From the human T2T-CHM13v2.0 reference genome, Homo sapiens, in NCBI RefSeq assembly GCF_009914755.1, contig NC_060934.1: 64,000 bases of DNA; one strand, given 5' to 3'. The notes under the pieces were generated by a model that was not told the DNA's origin, ran no database searches, and saw only the letters and a list, made by a program, of their open reading frames with translations. A program made the position numbers and the translations under genes. Shown piece by piece: positions 1-17,334 of the stretch; the stretch's first letter is position 1; every line of letters starts with the position of its first letter.

Positions 1-30
1 CCTCTCTTTGGAATAGTCTTGTGAACCAAA

Positions 31-514
31 AGATAAGGTGGTGTATGGGTGTTGGTCTTCATGCCCCTGGCTCTTGGGTGTTCAGTGTGATGGCTTTATG
101 GAGATAAGGTGATGTAAGGGTGTTGGTCTTCATGCCCACAGCTCTTGGGTGTTCAATGTCATGGATTTATGGAGATAAGGTGGTGTATGGGTGTTGGTCT
201 TCACGCCCACGGTTCTTGGGAGTTCAATGTCATGGCTTTATGGAGAGAAGGTGTATGGGTGTTGGTCTTCATGCCCTTGGGTGTTCAACGTCATGGCTTT
301 ATGGAGAGAAGGTGTATCGGTGTTGGTCTTCATGCCCACGGTTCTTGGGTGTTCAATGTGATGGTTTTATGGAGATAAGGTGATGTATGGGTGTTGATCT
401 TCATGTCCACAGTTCTTGGATGTTCAGTGTGATGGATTTATGGAGATAAGGCGATGTATGGGTGTTGGTCTTCATGCCCACAGTTCTTGGGTGTTCAATG
501 TCATGGCTTTATGG
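31..514. repeat. Minisatellite/VNTR, ~71-bp unit, ~7 copies
   Basis: AGATAAGG/AGAGAAGG recurs at 31,102,173,244,305,373,444 (spacings 71,71,71,61,68,71); unit ~AGATAAGGTGRTGTATGGGTGTTGGTCTTCATGCCCACRGTTCTTGGGTGTTCAATGTSATGGCTTTATGG. Confidence 0.95.
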
Positions 515-689
515 AAGGACCTTCCCCACTTGCATGTGCAGAAGCTTCTGGAGAGGAGCCAGGGGTCCTGGTCTGCAGAAAGCATTGCTTCTGCCAGGTG
601 GACGTGATGGTTGGGCAGCGTGGGATTCCCCTGGATTCTCTGGTGGAATTACAGCCCATGAATCCTGAAAACCTGGAAGGTGGCTGAGA

Positions 690-853
690 TGGTCTCTCTT
701 GTGTCTCTTGTATAAGGCACTAATTTCATCCATGAGGGCCCTGCCTTGTGGCCTACTCCCCTCCCAGAGGCCCCACTCCTTATACCATCTGCTTGGGAGT
801 TACAGCTTCGATATGTGAATTTGGGGGGTGACACACACATTCCAACCATAGCA
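690..853 (-). mobile_element. MaLR LTR fragment (MLT1A/MLT1B-like)
   Basis: Ends ...TATGTGAATTTGGGGGGTGACACACACATTCCAACCATAGCA, the reverse complement of the MLT1/MST LTR start TGCTATGGT... Confidence 0.7.
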
Positions 854-2752
854 GTCACCTGGACCATGATCAACGGTTTGGAGTTTGTAGTAAGGCCAGT
901 AGGAAGGAGGGCACAGTATTACTGATGGGCTATCCTCCGGGCTCTGTTATGGAAGAGAGAGCTCAGGGTGGTGCAGCAGGCCCTGTATGCCTGTCCTCCA
1001 TCTCAACGCTGCCTTCTGCTCTGTCCGTCCCTCAGCAAGGGGCAGCTTTATGAGCTCCGTCCCCACCTGGTGCCACCTGACAGCTCCCACCTCACGCCTC
1101 TCACCCCTGAAGAGCCTCCCTGTCAAGTCCGGGGCATGAAATGTCACAGGAGCACCCCCCACCCCATCCACACTCATCCGCCCATGACCTAGGCCTGTGC
1201 GGCAGTCGAGGCACCACAGGGCATGTGCTGACCCAGGGCGCCTCTGCGCTGCCCCTCCCAGCCTGACGAGCGATCGGATGAGGCCCTCCGATACCCCGGA
1301 GGAGGCATCTCAGGACTGGGTGGGAGGATGAAGGGTCTTTGCCGTGCAGCTGGCAACAGAGCCCACAGCTTCCCACTCTTTCCTGCTACGTTTGTTTGGC
1401 CCTCACCCTGTTTCCCAAAACTGCACCCCTAAAACCAGGTAGCAGACTCTGATCTTTGGGAGCACGGGCTGGGGCAAACAGCAAGGATGGAGTCAGGGAC
1501 AGGGTGGGGTCATGGAGGCAGCCTGGGGATGCAGAATGGCAGCAGAGAGCAGACCCCTCAGCGGCTGCCATCTCAGCCTGTCCAGCCACCATCTCTTTCC
1601 CAAAACTTCACCTTTGACCATTTCCCTCTGTCATGAAGGCCTGATTTGCAGATTTCAGCTGAATTGAGCCTTTCCAAGCAGGCTTTGCCAGGCTCTGCAC
1701 ATGGACCCAGGGGCTCCCTCCCCTGGAACCCTTTGAGTAGCGCACTGTTTTTACCCTCTTAGCACAGACGACAGTTTTCAATTAAACACTGATGTGTATG
1801 CCTCTGTGTGTTTCAGGTCTGTCTCCCTGGCTGGCATCTCTGAGGCCATAAGGAGAGGGGCTCCACCTGATGCCCCCCACACCAACACAGGGTGGGGCAG
1901 GTGGACGCATGGCAGAACCAGGGTCATCAAAAGAAGGGGCAAACGGGGCCAACTGGCGTCCAACGCAGTCCCAGAACGTGCACAGTCAGCCTGCGGCCCA
2001 GCCCGAGAGCCCAGCATCACCCCGAAATTAGGCATGGCGAATCGTCATGGACTGCGTCATAGGGTCCCGTGTCTTCATGGACGCAATCTTAAATCTGGTT
2101 CTAAAACAGAGCTATGTTTTTTCCTAGAAATTCAGAGCAACCAGAGGCTCACCCACATCACAGAAACTTTATGAATGCTCAGGCCTGGTGGAAGATGTCC
2201 AGAGCCATTCAAGTGTGGGGCTGTTTGAAGCTGATTTTAAAGGCAGAAGCTATTGAATATGCATCTTCTGCAAAGGCAGGGTCCGTGTTCTGTCAAGGAC
2301 ACCTGGCTTCCTGTGGATCCTGGGCCCACGCAGGCAGCCCTTCCAGGACGTCCTTAGCTCTTCCTTCAAGGTGTCTCCACAGTGAAGAGAGAATATGCCT
2401 ATTTCATTCAGAAACTTTGACCTGGGTGAGGCATGGGCTTTCCTAGGTGACCCCTTCCATACCTGCTGGCTCCAGGCAGAATTTTTCTGTCCTTCTCTGC
2501 ACCTGCATTTGACAGCTGCTTCTGCTCTCCTCCTTGTTCCCATGCACAAGTCACTAAATATCAGCGTGAATGTTCCCATTTGCACAAACGCACTTGTACA
2601 AATGTGCGCGCGCGCACACACACACTGGCACACAGCAAATCCCCCCCTCGGTGTTCTCCTTCAAAATACGATGCCCCCAATAATTTTTTAGCCCTTTTAG
2701 AACGTCAGCAAAAATTGGAGGAAAATTCAGGAAGCTGAATATACTTTTGTTC

Positions 2753-2800
2753 TCTCTCCTATGTCTTCTCTCTCTCTTTCTTTCTCTCTCTCTTTCTCCT
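2753..2800. repeat. CT-rich simple repeat
   Basis: (CT)n/(CTTT)n polypyrimidine tract. Confidence 0.7.
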
Positions 2801-3559
2801 TACCTTGCCTATTGTTCTTACATGTTCTTTTAGCAACAGGAATATTATGGCAATTTTGAAGAGAGTGGTTGCATGCTAGCAAACTGTGTGCTCCTAACTT
2901 TCAAATGAAACTGCAAATTGAAAGCTCTCAACTTTTGATTACTAATCTGTTACTAAAAGGAAATAGATTACCAACAAGAACCGAAGTAATTGCCTGAAAT
3001 AGAAGTTCAGAAATGAATGAAAGGAGATTTTCATCCCCTATTGAGTCTGCCTACATTTTGAACTAAAAAACAATTGAGTTCAAATTCAGATTAAGATTTT
3101 AAAACAGTTCAATTATCTCCCTAATTATTTTTCATTTAAGGTACATATTCACTCATCAGTCCTGGTCAGAGGTGGAACTACAGAAATAATACCTTATAAG
3201 ATAATGTAATGGCCTCATAATTCTACTGGAAGTAGAAACCTCAGCTTACATAAAAGTCTATTCCTGTGAGCCTGCAAACACAAGCCTTCAAGAAGCAGAT
3301 GTATTCTGAAATTTCACCTTGCAAGATCTGAAAAAATGAATATGCTTCTTGGAATTCCAAAAAGTTCAGAGTGCAAGCATGTACATTTATTTCTGTGTGT
3401 TGGCATCTGTAACCCACGCATCACAGAGAGCACTGGATTAGCTTTTACTGGAGCTGGGCAGAGGGAGTACGTAGGACTGAGGATCGAGGCAGCCTCACTG
3501 CTTTCACCCCAGACACCAGAGCCCCAGGAAGGAGTGAACTGGTCAGATATTTAGGGAGG

Positions 3560-3800
3560 AGTGAGGTCCCAAGTGGGTAAACATGAGAGCAGAAAGATGT
3601 GTCAGGAGCAGTGGGGATAAACCAGATAAGAGATGGTGGTTGTCTAGACCAGGGAATAGAAAACTGGATAGATCCGCCAAATATGGAGGAGCAGAATTTA
3701 CAGGACTTGGAAATTGATTGGTGATAGAGGGAATGGGGAATTGGGGAATGAATCAAGAGTAATTCCTACAGTTTCAGCACGGTGCTTGGATGAGTTATGG
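3560..3800 (-). mobile_element. L2 fragment
   Basis: ACAGGACTTGGAAATTGATTGG...GAATCAAGAGTAATTCC...GTTTC resembles the G-rich antisense strand of L2. Confidence 0.55.
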
Positions 3801-4023
3801 GTGAGGTTTCGAGTTACAATGTTGGTGAGAAAATTATGTGCCTCCCCTGTCATCACCGTTATGAGATAATTAATAACCTTTTGATTTAGCAATGCTGCTT
3901 TACGAGGTCGTATTTTCCTGTTCCATGAAACACACCAGAGAGTTGTATCTTCTCACACAGTGTGAGGATCGCTTCTGCTATGCAGCTTCTCCACACTCCC
4001 GCTGCACACTCCACATCTTGCTA

Positions 4024-5268
<1,245 letters not shown>

Positions 5269-8200
5269 CCACCTCAGATGCCACAGAAGATAAGGAAAGA
5301 CTTGTGGACGAGGCATGGGGCTACAGCACCCATCTCAGGCAGTCTCCACACAAGAGATCCTCGGGCGGCCAGGCCTGTCTTCCATATGCATCTTCTCCAC
5401 ACAAGCTGGTCTGACATCTCAATGTTCATTTGGTTGACTTTATCCTCACGCTGTGCTACGCAGTTTCCCATGGTCCAGGCTCTCCCTTGCCTGGTCTTCA
5501 GCCCACTGTGGCTGTGCACAGAGCATGCCACACACTAAGCCTTCAAGCCTTACAGCTGCGTCCAACTCCCCAGAGATAGCGAAGGATGGGGGCATGCAAT
5601 TCCCCTTATTCTGCTTGCTACGTTGTCCTCACATTAAAAATCCGGTGACTGGTCCTGTGCTCTCTTGGCTGGGCAGAGCAGGCCATGGGCAGCTTCGGTA
5701 AATATAGGAAAGCTCAGGATAAACCTGTCCACTGGCGTTTTCTCCAGCTGTGCAGCACTCTGAAGACCTCTGTGGATGGGCTTGGCCAGTTCTCCTGTTT
5801 TGAACGGAGGGCTCCCATAGCACCTGTGTCTGCACTATGGAGCATCCTAATGCCCCTTGAAGAATGTCGGAAGCCTGACTCCACTTGCAACCTCCAATAA
5901 AATGCCACAAATACAACATCCAAATGAGACTCCAGACCCCAAACAAGAAGCCCTTATTCTGGATCAGACTTAATCTCCAACCCTTCCTTCCATTGGCTGC
6001 TCTCAGATTAATGGTGATAACTTGAGAGAATTAATCAGTTAATGTTTCTACAATAATTCAAAGGTTAAAAGAAAGTAGCTCTTGAGAAAAAAAGGAGTTG
6101 GAACTCTGGTTGACCCCAAATGCCCTCTGAGCTAGTGTAGCATGGCTGCTGCCAGGCTCCTTGAGTCTTGGGCATCACCTGGGCAAACACCCTAAGAGAA
6201 GGGTGTGTCTCTGGAAGGATGCGTGCTTGCATCCCTTGGCCGTGAGGGCTGCCCCTCCAGGAAACATGACCTCCTACTCTGCGATGCTCAGGGCTGAACA
6301 TTCCAGGTGTAGATGAACTTGAAAGAACTTCAGATGTTTAGGCAGAAAAAGGAAAGTCACAGAGTAGACGGCATCTCTTTCTAGAGCTGCCCTGTCACAT
6401 CGTGACCCTGCCTGGTGCCCAGGCCAGAAATACAGCCAGCAGGTGGACACTTACATCAGCTCTGAAGTCTCTCTGAAGCTATATCAATTACACTCCCTGC
6501 CTGTCTTTCTGGTTAAACTGACCAAGAAAGAAATGACAGTAATTGGCCAAGCTTGTTTTTGTCAACTCAGGCTTGTTCCCATGATAGCTTCTTTTTTCCT
6601 ACTTGTAAACACAGCAACTATCTAACGGCATCTTCTTAAACCTCGCCCATGATTGCCATCAAACCCACAAGGAGGTACCCCACATCTCCGTCTCCGGCAT
6701 CTCACTGAAACCTGGACTGGTTTGGTGTACTTGTTCAGCCACTGGTGCTTTGCTTGATCTTCACAAGGCTTCCAATGTCCATAGTGCAGGTGCAGGGAGC
6801 TTCTTGGCCAATGCTCCCAGGATGTCCTCTGGGCCGCCATATGACCTCCCCTCATTTTCTGAACATTCTGCACCACTTTTACCAATGACAAGGTTACTCC
6901 CTGCTATCTGAAGACCATTCCCTTAAGTGACAATAGGAGCAAACTCGGAACTGGGGAGAACTTTCATGCACCACCATCTCATCGGTGTCCCCAAACAGGA
7001 CACTTGAACAGGCATGATACGTTTGCTTGCCTAGAACATCTAGAATAGTGTTTTCTCTCTTGGCATGTTTTTCAGGCCTCATTAAGAACCCACCTCTTTG
7101 ACACACTTTGTGGAGTCTGTCTTCAATGGTCATAACCATTGTTGTCACTACCTCTTTCAACATCTCCTCAGAAGAAAGACTTTGATATTTTTAGGTTAAC
7201 TTTCTTTTTTTTTCTCCTTAATGTATGATGACACAAACAAATTGCATTTTATCATGACTTTCCAATGCTCTTGTGCTCCCTTCCCTCCAATGGTCTCCGG
7301 CCACGGGAGCCCACCTTCCAGTCTTGCCCTAGTGTGTTTGAAAGCTCCTTTGTCAGGGCCGTGGCTAATGGGCTCTGATTCCCTCTTCTGATCCTCACAA
7401 ATCCTCAGCGACAAGACGGCTTCTCCAGTTTCTCGTGACCTATTTTAGTTATCGATTCCCTCTTGTCCTGTGGAGCAGTCTCTTCAGATCTTCTACTCTT
7501 TGGTAGACAAAATTATCAGAAAGGAAATTTAAGGACGTGATTGGATAGGACAATGCAGGGATGAGATAAAACGCTTGTTTTACTTTCTCTTGCAAAATAG
7601 AAAATTATGTTATTCTGTGGGTCAAGTATTATCCCTTTACTTATGCAGACGTATAAGGTAGCCAACCACACGGAGGCATATTTTAAACTTCACAACTCTT
7701 ATCTGTTCTTTTTCCAAATGACTACATAAATGGAACTTTCCCTCAATTCCCTCAAGTCTTCTGTGGCTTGTAAACAAAAAGCAACTGTGTCCCATCTCTT
7801 CACGGTGTGGTTTGCCACAGTGTCTCTAATGTTTTGTAAGATATTCATCTTTGAGTCAAGCACATATGGGTTGGTTTCCCATGGGTTAATTGGTTCTCAC
7901 ATCACTACAAAGATTCATCTCTAGACTCAGGGATCCTCTAGCCCAGTTAGCAGCCAAGATCAAATGGCTGGATTTTAGTCAAGCTGACATAGTGGTAAAG
8001 TTATGCTTTGATGCATCTCCTCTGCCCCCAAAACATAGCAATAATAGATGAAATATAAATAGGAGAAAAAAAGAAAAGACAGTGCAGGGCTCAGAAGCAA
8101 GATAAATCATGCTTTGTGAATCAGAAATAGCAGAATGCTGAGCAGTAAACAGGGCTGAGACCAGGGCATCACTGGCTTCCAGGCGCAGGGAGCAGCAGCT

Positions 8201-8599
8201 GCAGGAGTTTGGTTCATACAGGACAAAGGTGACTAAAAATGCTCCACATGAGATGTGGCAGCACAGTCAGGCTACAGAGTAAAATCAGGGTGTGGAATGT
8301 GACTCTTCCCACTCATACAACAAAGCTGCACATCACAACACTGTGAACTGCTACCCCAGGCCATTGTGAAAATAAATGAGCAGAAAGGCAGGAAGAACTG
8401 GAAAACACCTCCAGCCAGCAGCTACATAAACCTGTTCACTCACTCCCTCACTCACTCACTCACTGGGTGATTGGAGGTGATGTGGCCTCAATACCATCTC
8501 AGAACTGAGGCCCTGAACCACCTTCAAAGATTTGGTTCTGGATTGGGGATCCAAAGGCAATCACAACACTGCTAGAAGGAGAAATAAACAATAGGAGAA

Positions 8600-9375
8600 A
8601 TAAACAACAGAGCAACAGAACCAACTGGACAAATTACCTCCCAAACAAAAATTCAGAACATGTAAGGACTATTAAGGCTTAAAAATACAGCCAACGAAAT
8701 CAATAATTACAACAATGATTTATGCTAGGTGAAAAATCACTCTGCAAAAGAGACTAAAAGTACTTTAAAACAATTGTATTTTATGTGCTCAAAAAGACAA
8801 ATTAGGATATATAGTGTTTATTAATAATTAAGAAAGTGGAAGATAAAAACAGAAAGAAATGAAACAAACACAAATGGGTATAAAATGAATCAATAATAAA
8901 TCTTGGAAATAAACAGTCAATGAAATTGAAATTGTAATAGATTTACCAATTCTATGTGGGAAGCAAAGAGGAACATAAGGCAGCACTGTGGAATTCAAAT
9001 GAAATTCAGCATGGAAAGAGATAATTAAGGCTCAAATATGAAGTTGAAAGGAATTTTAGAAAAAAATAAGGGAATGACAGAGAAGCAAACCTGAAAGGTT
9101 TACAGATTTGATGAAAAACATGCACACTGTATTAAGTGGGAAAAAACAAACCCATACTTAAATTAATCATAGTGAAAATACAGATCAGGAGCAAAGAAAC
9201 TATCTTTAAAACCACTAGAAAGAAAGATAAATTACCTACAGAATAATTAGAATGAGAGTGAATTTCTCATCATCAATAATATATGTCAGAAGATAATGGA
9301 ATGGCAATTTCAAAATGCTACAGTAAAATTAAGGTCAATGGAGAATTTTATACCCAGCTAAATTACCATTCAAAA
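8600..9375 (+). mobile_element. Ancient L1 (L1M/HAL1-like) ORF1 remnant
   Basis: A-rich, with degenerate ORF1 C-terminal motif ...AGAATTTTATACCCAGCTAAATTACCATTCAAA (cf. L1 ORF1 'RILYPAKLSF'). Confidence 0.55.
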
Positions 9376-9394
9376 TTTTAGTAGACGGTATCAC

Positions 9395-9620
9395 TCATTT
9401 AAAATTCTCCTCGGCTCCACACCTTACCACTCTTCTCAGGGTGAACTATAATATAGCCCATTCTATTGACTTGGGGCCTGATCATGTGATTTCCTTTGGC
9501 CAATGGGCATTGAGAGGAAGTGAGGGCAAAGGACTGTAGGAAACATTTTGTGTCTCTGCTCATCCTCCTTGATGTTCTGCTTTCCGCAGTGAGAAGAGCA
9601 TGCTCCAGAAAACTAGTACT
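9395..9620 (+). mobile_element. MLT1-family LTR fragment
   Basis: TGACTTGGGGCCTGATCATGTGATTTCCTTTGGCCAATGGG is typical of old MLT1 LTRs. Confidence 0.5.
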
Positions 9621-9631
9621 GCCTCAGCCTG

Positions 9632-9716
9632 AATCCTTGTATCAGCTTGTAAAAATGCCAACAATCAGAAATTTTGCAGTTCATTGGTTAAACATGACCA
9701 TTACTCAAAATTAAAT
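9632..9716 (+). mobile_element. MER63-like hAT-Blackjack DNA transposon, left part (split by L1)
   Basis: ...TTGGTTAAACATGACCATTACTCAAAATTAAATTATATA; continues after the L1 at 15896. Confidence 0.6.
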
Positions 9717-9938
9717 TATATAACTCACTTTTTATTTTATTTTATTATTATTATACTTTAAGTTTTAGGGTACATGTGCAGAATGTGCAGGTTTGTTACA
9801 TATGTATACATGTGCTATGTTGGTGTGCTGCATTTAGCATTAGATATATCCCCTAATGCTATCCCTCCCCTCTCCTCCACCCCACAACAGTCCCAGGTGT
9901 GTGATGTTCCCCTTCCTGTGTCCAAGTGTTCTCATTGT

Positions 9939-13764
<3,826 letters not shown>

Positions 13765-13827
13765 TATGATGTTAGCTGGTTATTTTGCTCGCTAGTTGAT
13801 GCAGTTTCTTCCTAGACTTGACGGTCT

Positions 13828-14843
13828 TTACAATTTGGCATGTTTTTGCAGTGGCTGGTACTGGTCGTTCCTTTCCATGTTTAGTGCTTCCTTCAGGAGC
13901 TCTTTTAGAGCAGGCCTGGTGGTGACAAAATCTCTCAGCATTTGCTTGTCTGTAAAGTATTTTATTTCTCCTTCACTTATGAAGCTTAGTTTGGCTGGAT
14001 ATGAGATTCTGGGTTGAAAATTCTTTTCTTTAAGAATGTTGAATATTGGTCCCCGCTCTCTTCTGGCTTGCAGAGTTTCTCCCGAGAGATCAGCTGTTAG
14101 TCTGATGGGCTTCCCTTTGTGGGTAACCCGACCTTTCTCTCTGGCTGCCCTTAACATTTTTTCCTTCATTTCAACTTTGGTGAATCTGACAATTATATGT
14201 CTTGGAGTTGCTCTTCTCGAGGAGTATCTTTGTGGCATTCTCTGTATTTCCTGAATTTGAATGTTGGCCTGCTTTGCTAGATTGGGGACTTTCTCCTGGA
14301 TAATATCCTGCAGAGTGTTTTCCAACTTGGTTCCTTTCTCCCCGTCACTTTCAGGTACACCAATCAGACGTAGATTTGGTCTTTCCACAAAGTCCCATAT
14401 TTCTTGGAGGCTTTGTTTGTTTCTTTTTATTCTTTTTTCTCTAAACTTCTCTTCATGCTTCATTTCATTCATTTCATCTTCCATCGCTGATATCCTTTCT
14501 TCCAGTTGATCGCATCGGCTACTGAGGCTTCTGCATTCGTCACATAGCTCTCGTACCTTGGTTTTCAGCTCCATCAGTCCTTTAAGGACTTCTCTGCATG
14601 GGTTATTCTAGTTATCCATTCGTCTTATTTTTTTTCAAAGCTTTTAACTTCTTTGCCATTGGTTAGAATTTCCTCCTGTAGCTCGGAGTAGTTTGATCAT
14701 CTGAAGCCTTCTTCTCTCAACTCGTCAAAGTCATTCTCCATCCAGCTTTGTTCCATTGCTGGTGAGGAGCTGCGTTCCTTTGGAGAAGGATAGGCGCTCT
14801 GATTTTTAGAGTTTCCAGTTTTTCTGCTCTGTTTTTTTCCCAT
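13828..14843 (-). pseudogene. L1 ORF1p (RNA-binding), -1 frameshift near 14577
   Basis: ATG at 14843; 1016 nt to the stop (not a multiple of 3); downstream 248-aa frame contains RPNLRLIGVPE, RARRE and YPAKLSF motifs. Confidence 0.93.
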
Positions 14844-15879
14844 CTTGGTGGTTTTATCTACCTTTGGTCTTTGATGATGGTGATGTACAGATGGGTTTTT
14901 GGTGTGGATGTCCTTTCCGTTTTTAGTTTTCCTTCTAACAGTCAGGACCCTCAGCTGCAGGTCTGTTGGAGTTTGCTAGAGGTCCACTCCAGAACCTGTT
15001 TGCCTGGGTATCTGCAGTGGTGGCTGCAGAACAGTGGATATTGGTGAACTGCAGATGCCGCTGCCTGATCGTTCCTCTGGAAGTTTTGTCTCAGAGGAGT
15101 ACCCAGCCGTGTGAGGTGTCAGTCCGCTTCTACTGGGGGGTGCCTCCCAGTTAGGCTACCCGGGGGTCAGGGACCCACTTGAGGAGGCGGTCTGCCCATT
15201 CTCAGATCTCCAGCTGCATGCTGGGAGAAGCACTGCTCTCTTCAAAGCTGTCAGACGAGGACATTTAAGTCTGCAGAGGTTACTGCTGTCTTTTTGTTTG
15301 TCTGTGCCCTGCCCCCAGAGGTGGAGCCTACAGAGGCAGGCAGGCCTCCTTGAGCTGTGGTGGGCTCCACCCAGTTCGAGCTTCCCAGCCGCTTTGTTTA
15401 CCTAATCAAACAACTAACTCGGCAATGGCAGGTGCCCCTCCCCCAGCCTGGCTGCTGCCTTGCAGTTTGATCTCAGACTGCTGTGCTAGCAATGAGTCAG
15501 ACTCCGTGGGTTTAAGACCCTCTGAGCCATGTGCGGGATATAATCTCCTGGTGTGCCATTTTTTTAAGCCCGTTGGAAAAGCGTAGTATTAGGGTGGGAG
15601 TGACCCGATTTTCTAGGTGCCGTCTGTCACTACTTTCTTTGACTAGGAAAGGGAACTCCCTGACCCCTTGCGCTTCACGGGTGAGGCGATGCCTCGCCCT
15701 GCTTTGGCTGACACACGGTGCGCTGCACCCACTGTCTTGCACCTACTGTCTGGCACTCCCCAGTGAGGTGAACCTGGTACCTCAGTTGGAAATGCAGAAA
15801 TCACCCATCTTTTGCGTCGCTCACGCTGGGAGCTGTAGACCGGAGCTGTTCCTATTCGGCCATCTTGGCTCCTCCCCCC
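14844..15879 (-). promoter_or_regulatory. L1 5'UTR with internal sense promoter (YY1 site) and antisense promoter
   Basis: YY1 motif AAGATGGCC near the 5' end; complete 5'UTR present. Confidence 0.8.
15425..15586 (+). pseudogene. L1 ORF0 (antisense 5'UTR ORF), frameshifted after ~45 codons
   Basis: MAGAPPPAWLLPCSLISDCCASNESDSVG resembles primate ORF0; the expected tail (EKRSIRVGVTRFSRC) is in another frame after the T7 run at 15559-15565. Confidence 0.8.
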
Positions 15880-15895
15880 TATATATCTCACTTTT

Positions 15896-16330
15896 AAATA
15901 AATCCTATTAAAAACAAAGGCAGTAAGTGTCCAAAATCCATCATTTTCCAATTATGTTTCCATACGTTACTATTATCTGTGCTCTTGTAAGTGTTTTATG
16001 CCCATCGTGTCTGCGTGGTGGGAGCGCTCTGTCATGCTGCACTCTCATGCATCTCCTCCCACTTCTGTGCTCAGTACTGCCAGGTGAGCAGCTTAAACTC
16101 AGAAGTCTGTCATGGTGGGAGCATTTACACCACAGAAATTGGTAAGTGCCACAAATCAGGGCTTGGTTTATTATTTTGTTAATTGTGTAGGTAGGAGAGT
16201 GATGGAAACAATGATAACAATACAGATTAAACAGAAAATTGTGTTTTATCTGTAGCTGTTACATTTGGAACAGCACAAATAATGAGGAAATATTATTCCA
16301 GTATTCAACACTATTATCTATTTCAGCAAT
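15896..16330 (+). mobile_element. MER63-like DNA transposon, right part
   Basis: AAATAAATCCTATTAAAAACAAAGG...CATGGTGGGAGCATTTACACCACAGAAATTGG...ACAAATCAGGGC matches the recalled MER63 consensus. Confidence 0.65.
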
Positions 16331-16992
16331 CTCTCAGATTATAGTTTTAAATTAGAACAAATATTATGCAATTTCTAGGTTTTGCTGTTTTTGATCTTTT
16401 CCATAAAAAACACCAGAAAAATTAGGGGACATTTTAGAAATTTTCCTGAACCTAAGAAGCATATAACATTTCCATTTAAAATATTAAAGTTATATTTAAC
16501 AATCTCATGTATGTTTTATATCTCCAAAATAGTTTTAACACTAATACTACTATTTCTAAAATATTAATGAAGAGAACTTGTGAAACGATAATTAATGATC
16601 TCCGTGTGTTCACCCTGCCTTCCCTAGTAAGCTGGGTCTCCTGGAAACACAGCTCAGAAGTGACACTCTAAAGTCTCCCTTAAATGAGACAGATATTGCA
16701 TGGAGTGAATGGCAGAGGAGGAACGTGGGCAGCTGGGATGGCTTTGGGGAGAAAGCACAGCAGTACCGAAAAGCCTAGAGTGACTCAGACACACGATCCC
16801 TTGCTAGCTGTTTCACTGTGTACATTCGTGTAACATACACGCGAGACCACTGGCCTAGGAGAGTGCCTCGGGGCACCTTGCTGGTTCTGTGCCATAATTT
16901 CACAACAACTTCCTCTGCCTCTCATGCCTGGTTTCCTCTTCTGGAAAAGTGATCCATGGTCTGCTTTTACAGTTTCCCTGCAAGGAGTAAAG

Positions 16993-17334
16993 CAAGGATC
17001 CCCAACCCCTAGACCACAGACCAGGATGAGTCCATGGCTTGTTACAAGCTGGGCTGCCCAACAGGAGGTGACCAGCCAGCGAGCAAAGGATTCCCACCTG
17101 AGCTCCACTTTCCATCAGATCAGCAGCAGCATTAGACTCTTACAGGAGCACAAACCCTATTGTGAACTGTGCATTCAAGGCATCTAGGTTGCATGCTCCT
17201 TATGAGAATCTAATGCCTGATGATCTGAGATGGAACAGTTTCATCCCAAAACCATCCCTTGTCCTGCCAGTCCATGGAAAAATTTTCTTCCACAAAATAG
17301 GTTCCTGGTGCCAAAAAGGTTGGGGACCATTCTG
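16993..17334 (+). mobile_element. MER1B (hAT-Charlie) non-autonomous DNA transposon
   Basis: TIR-like ends CAAGGATCCCCAACC ... GGTTGGGGACC; body TCAGATCAGCAGCAGCATTAGA...CTCCTTATGAGAATCTAATGCCTGATGATCTGAG. Confidence 0.85.

Noticed and set aside
31-514. Possible CRISPR-like array
   Set aside because: Units are contiguous with no unique spacers, there are no cas genes, and the context is primate; it is a minisatellite.
8432-8607. (CACT)n run and a ~15-bp tandem duplication AGGAGAAATAAACAA
   Set aside because: Ordinary slippage products.
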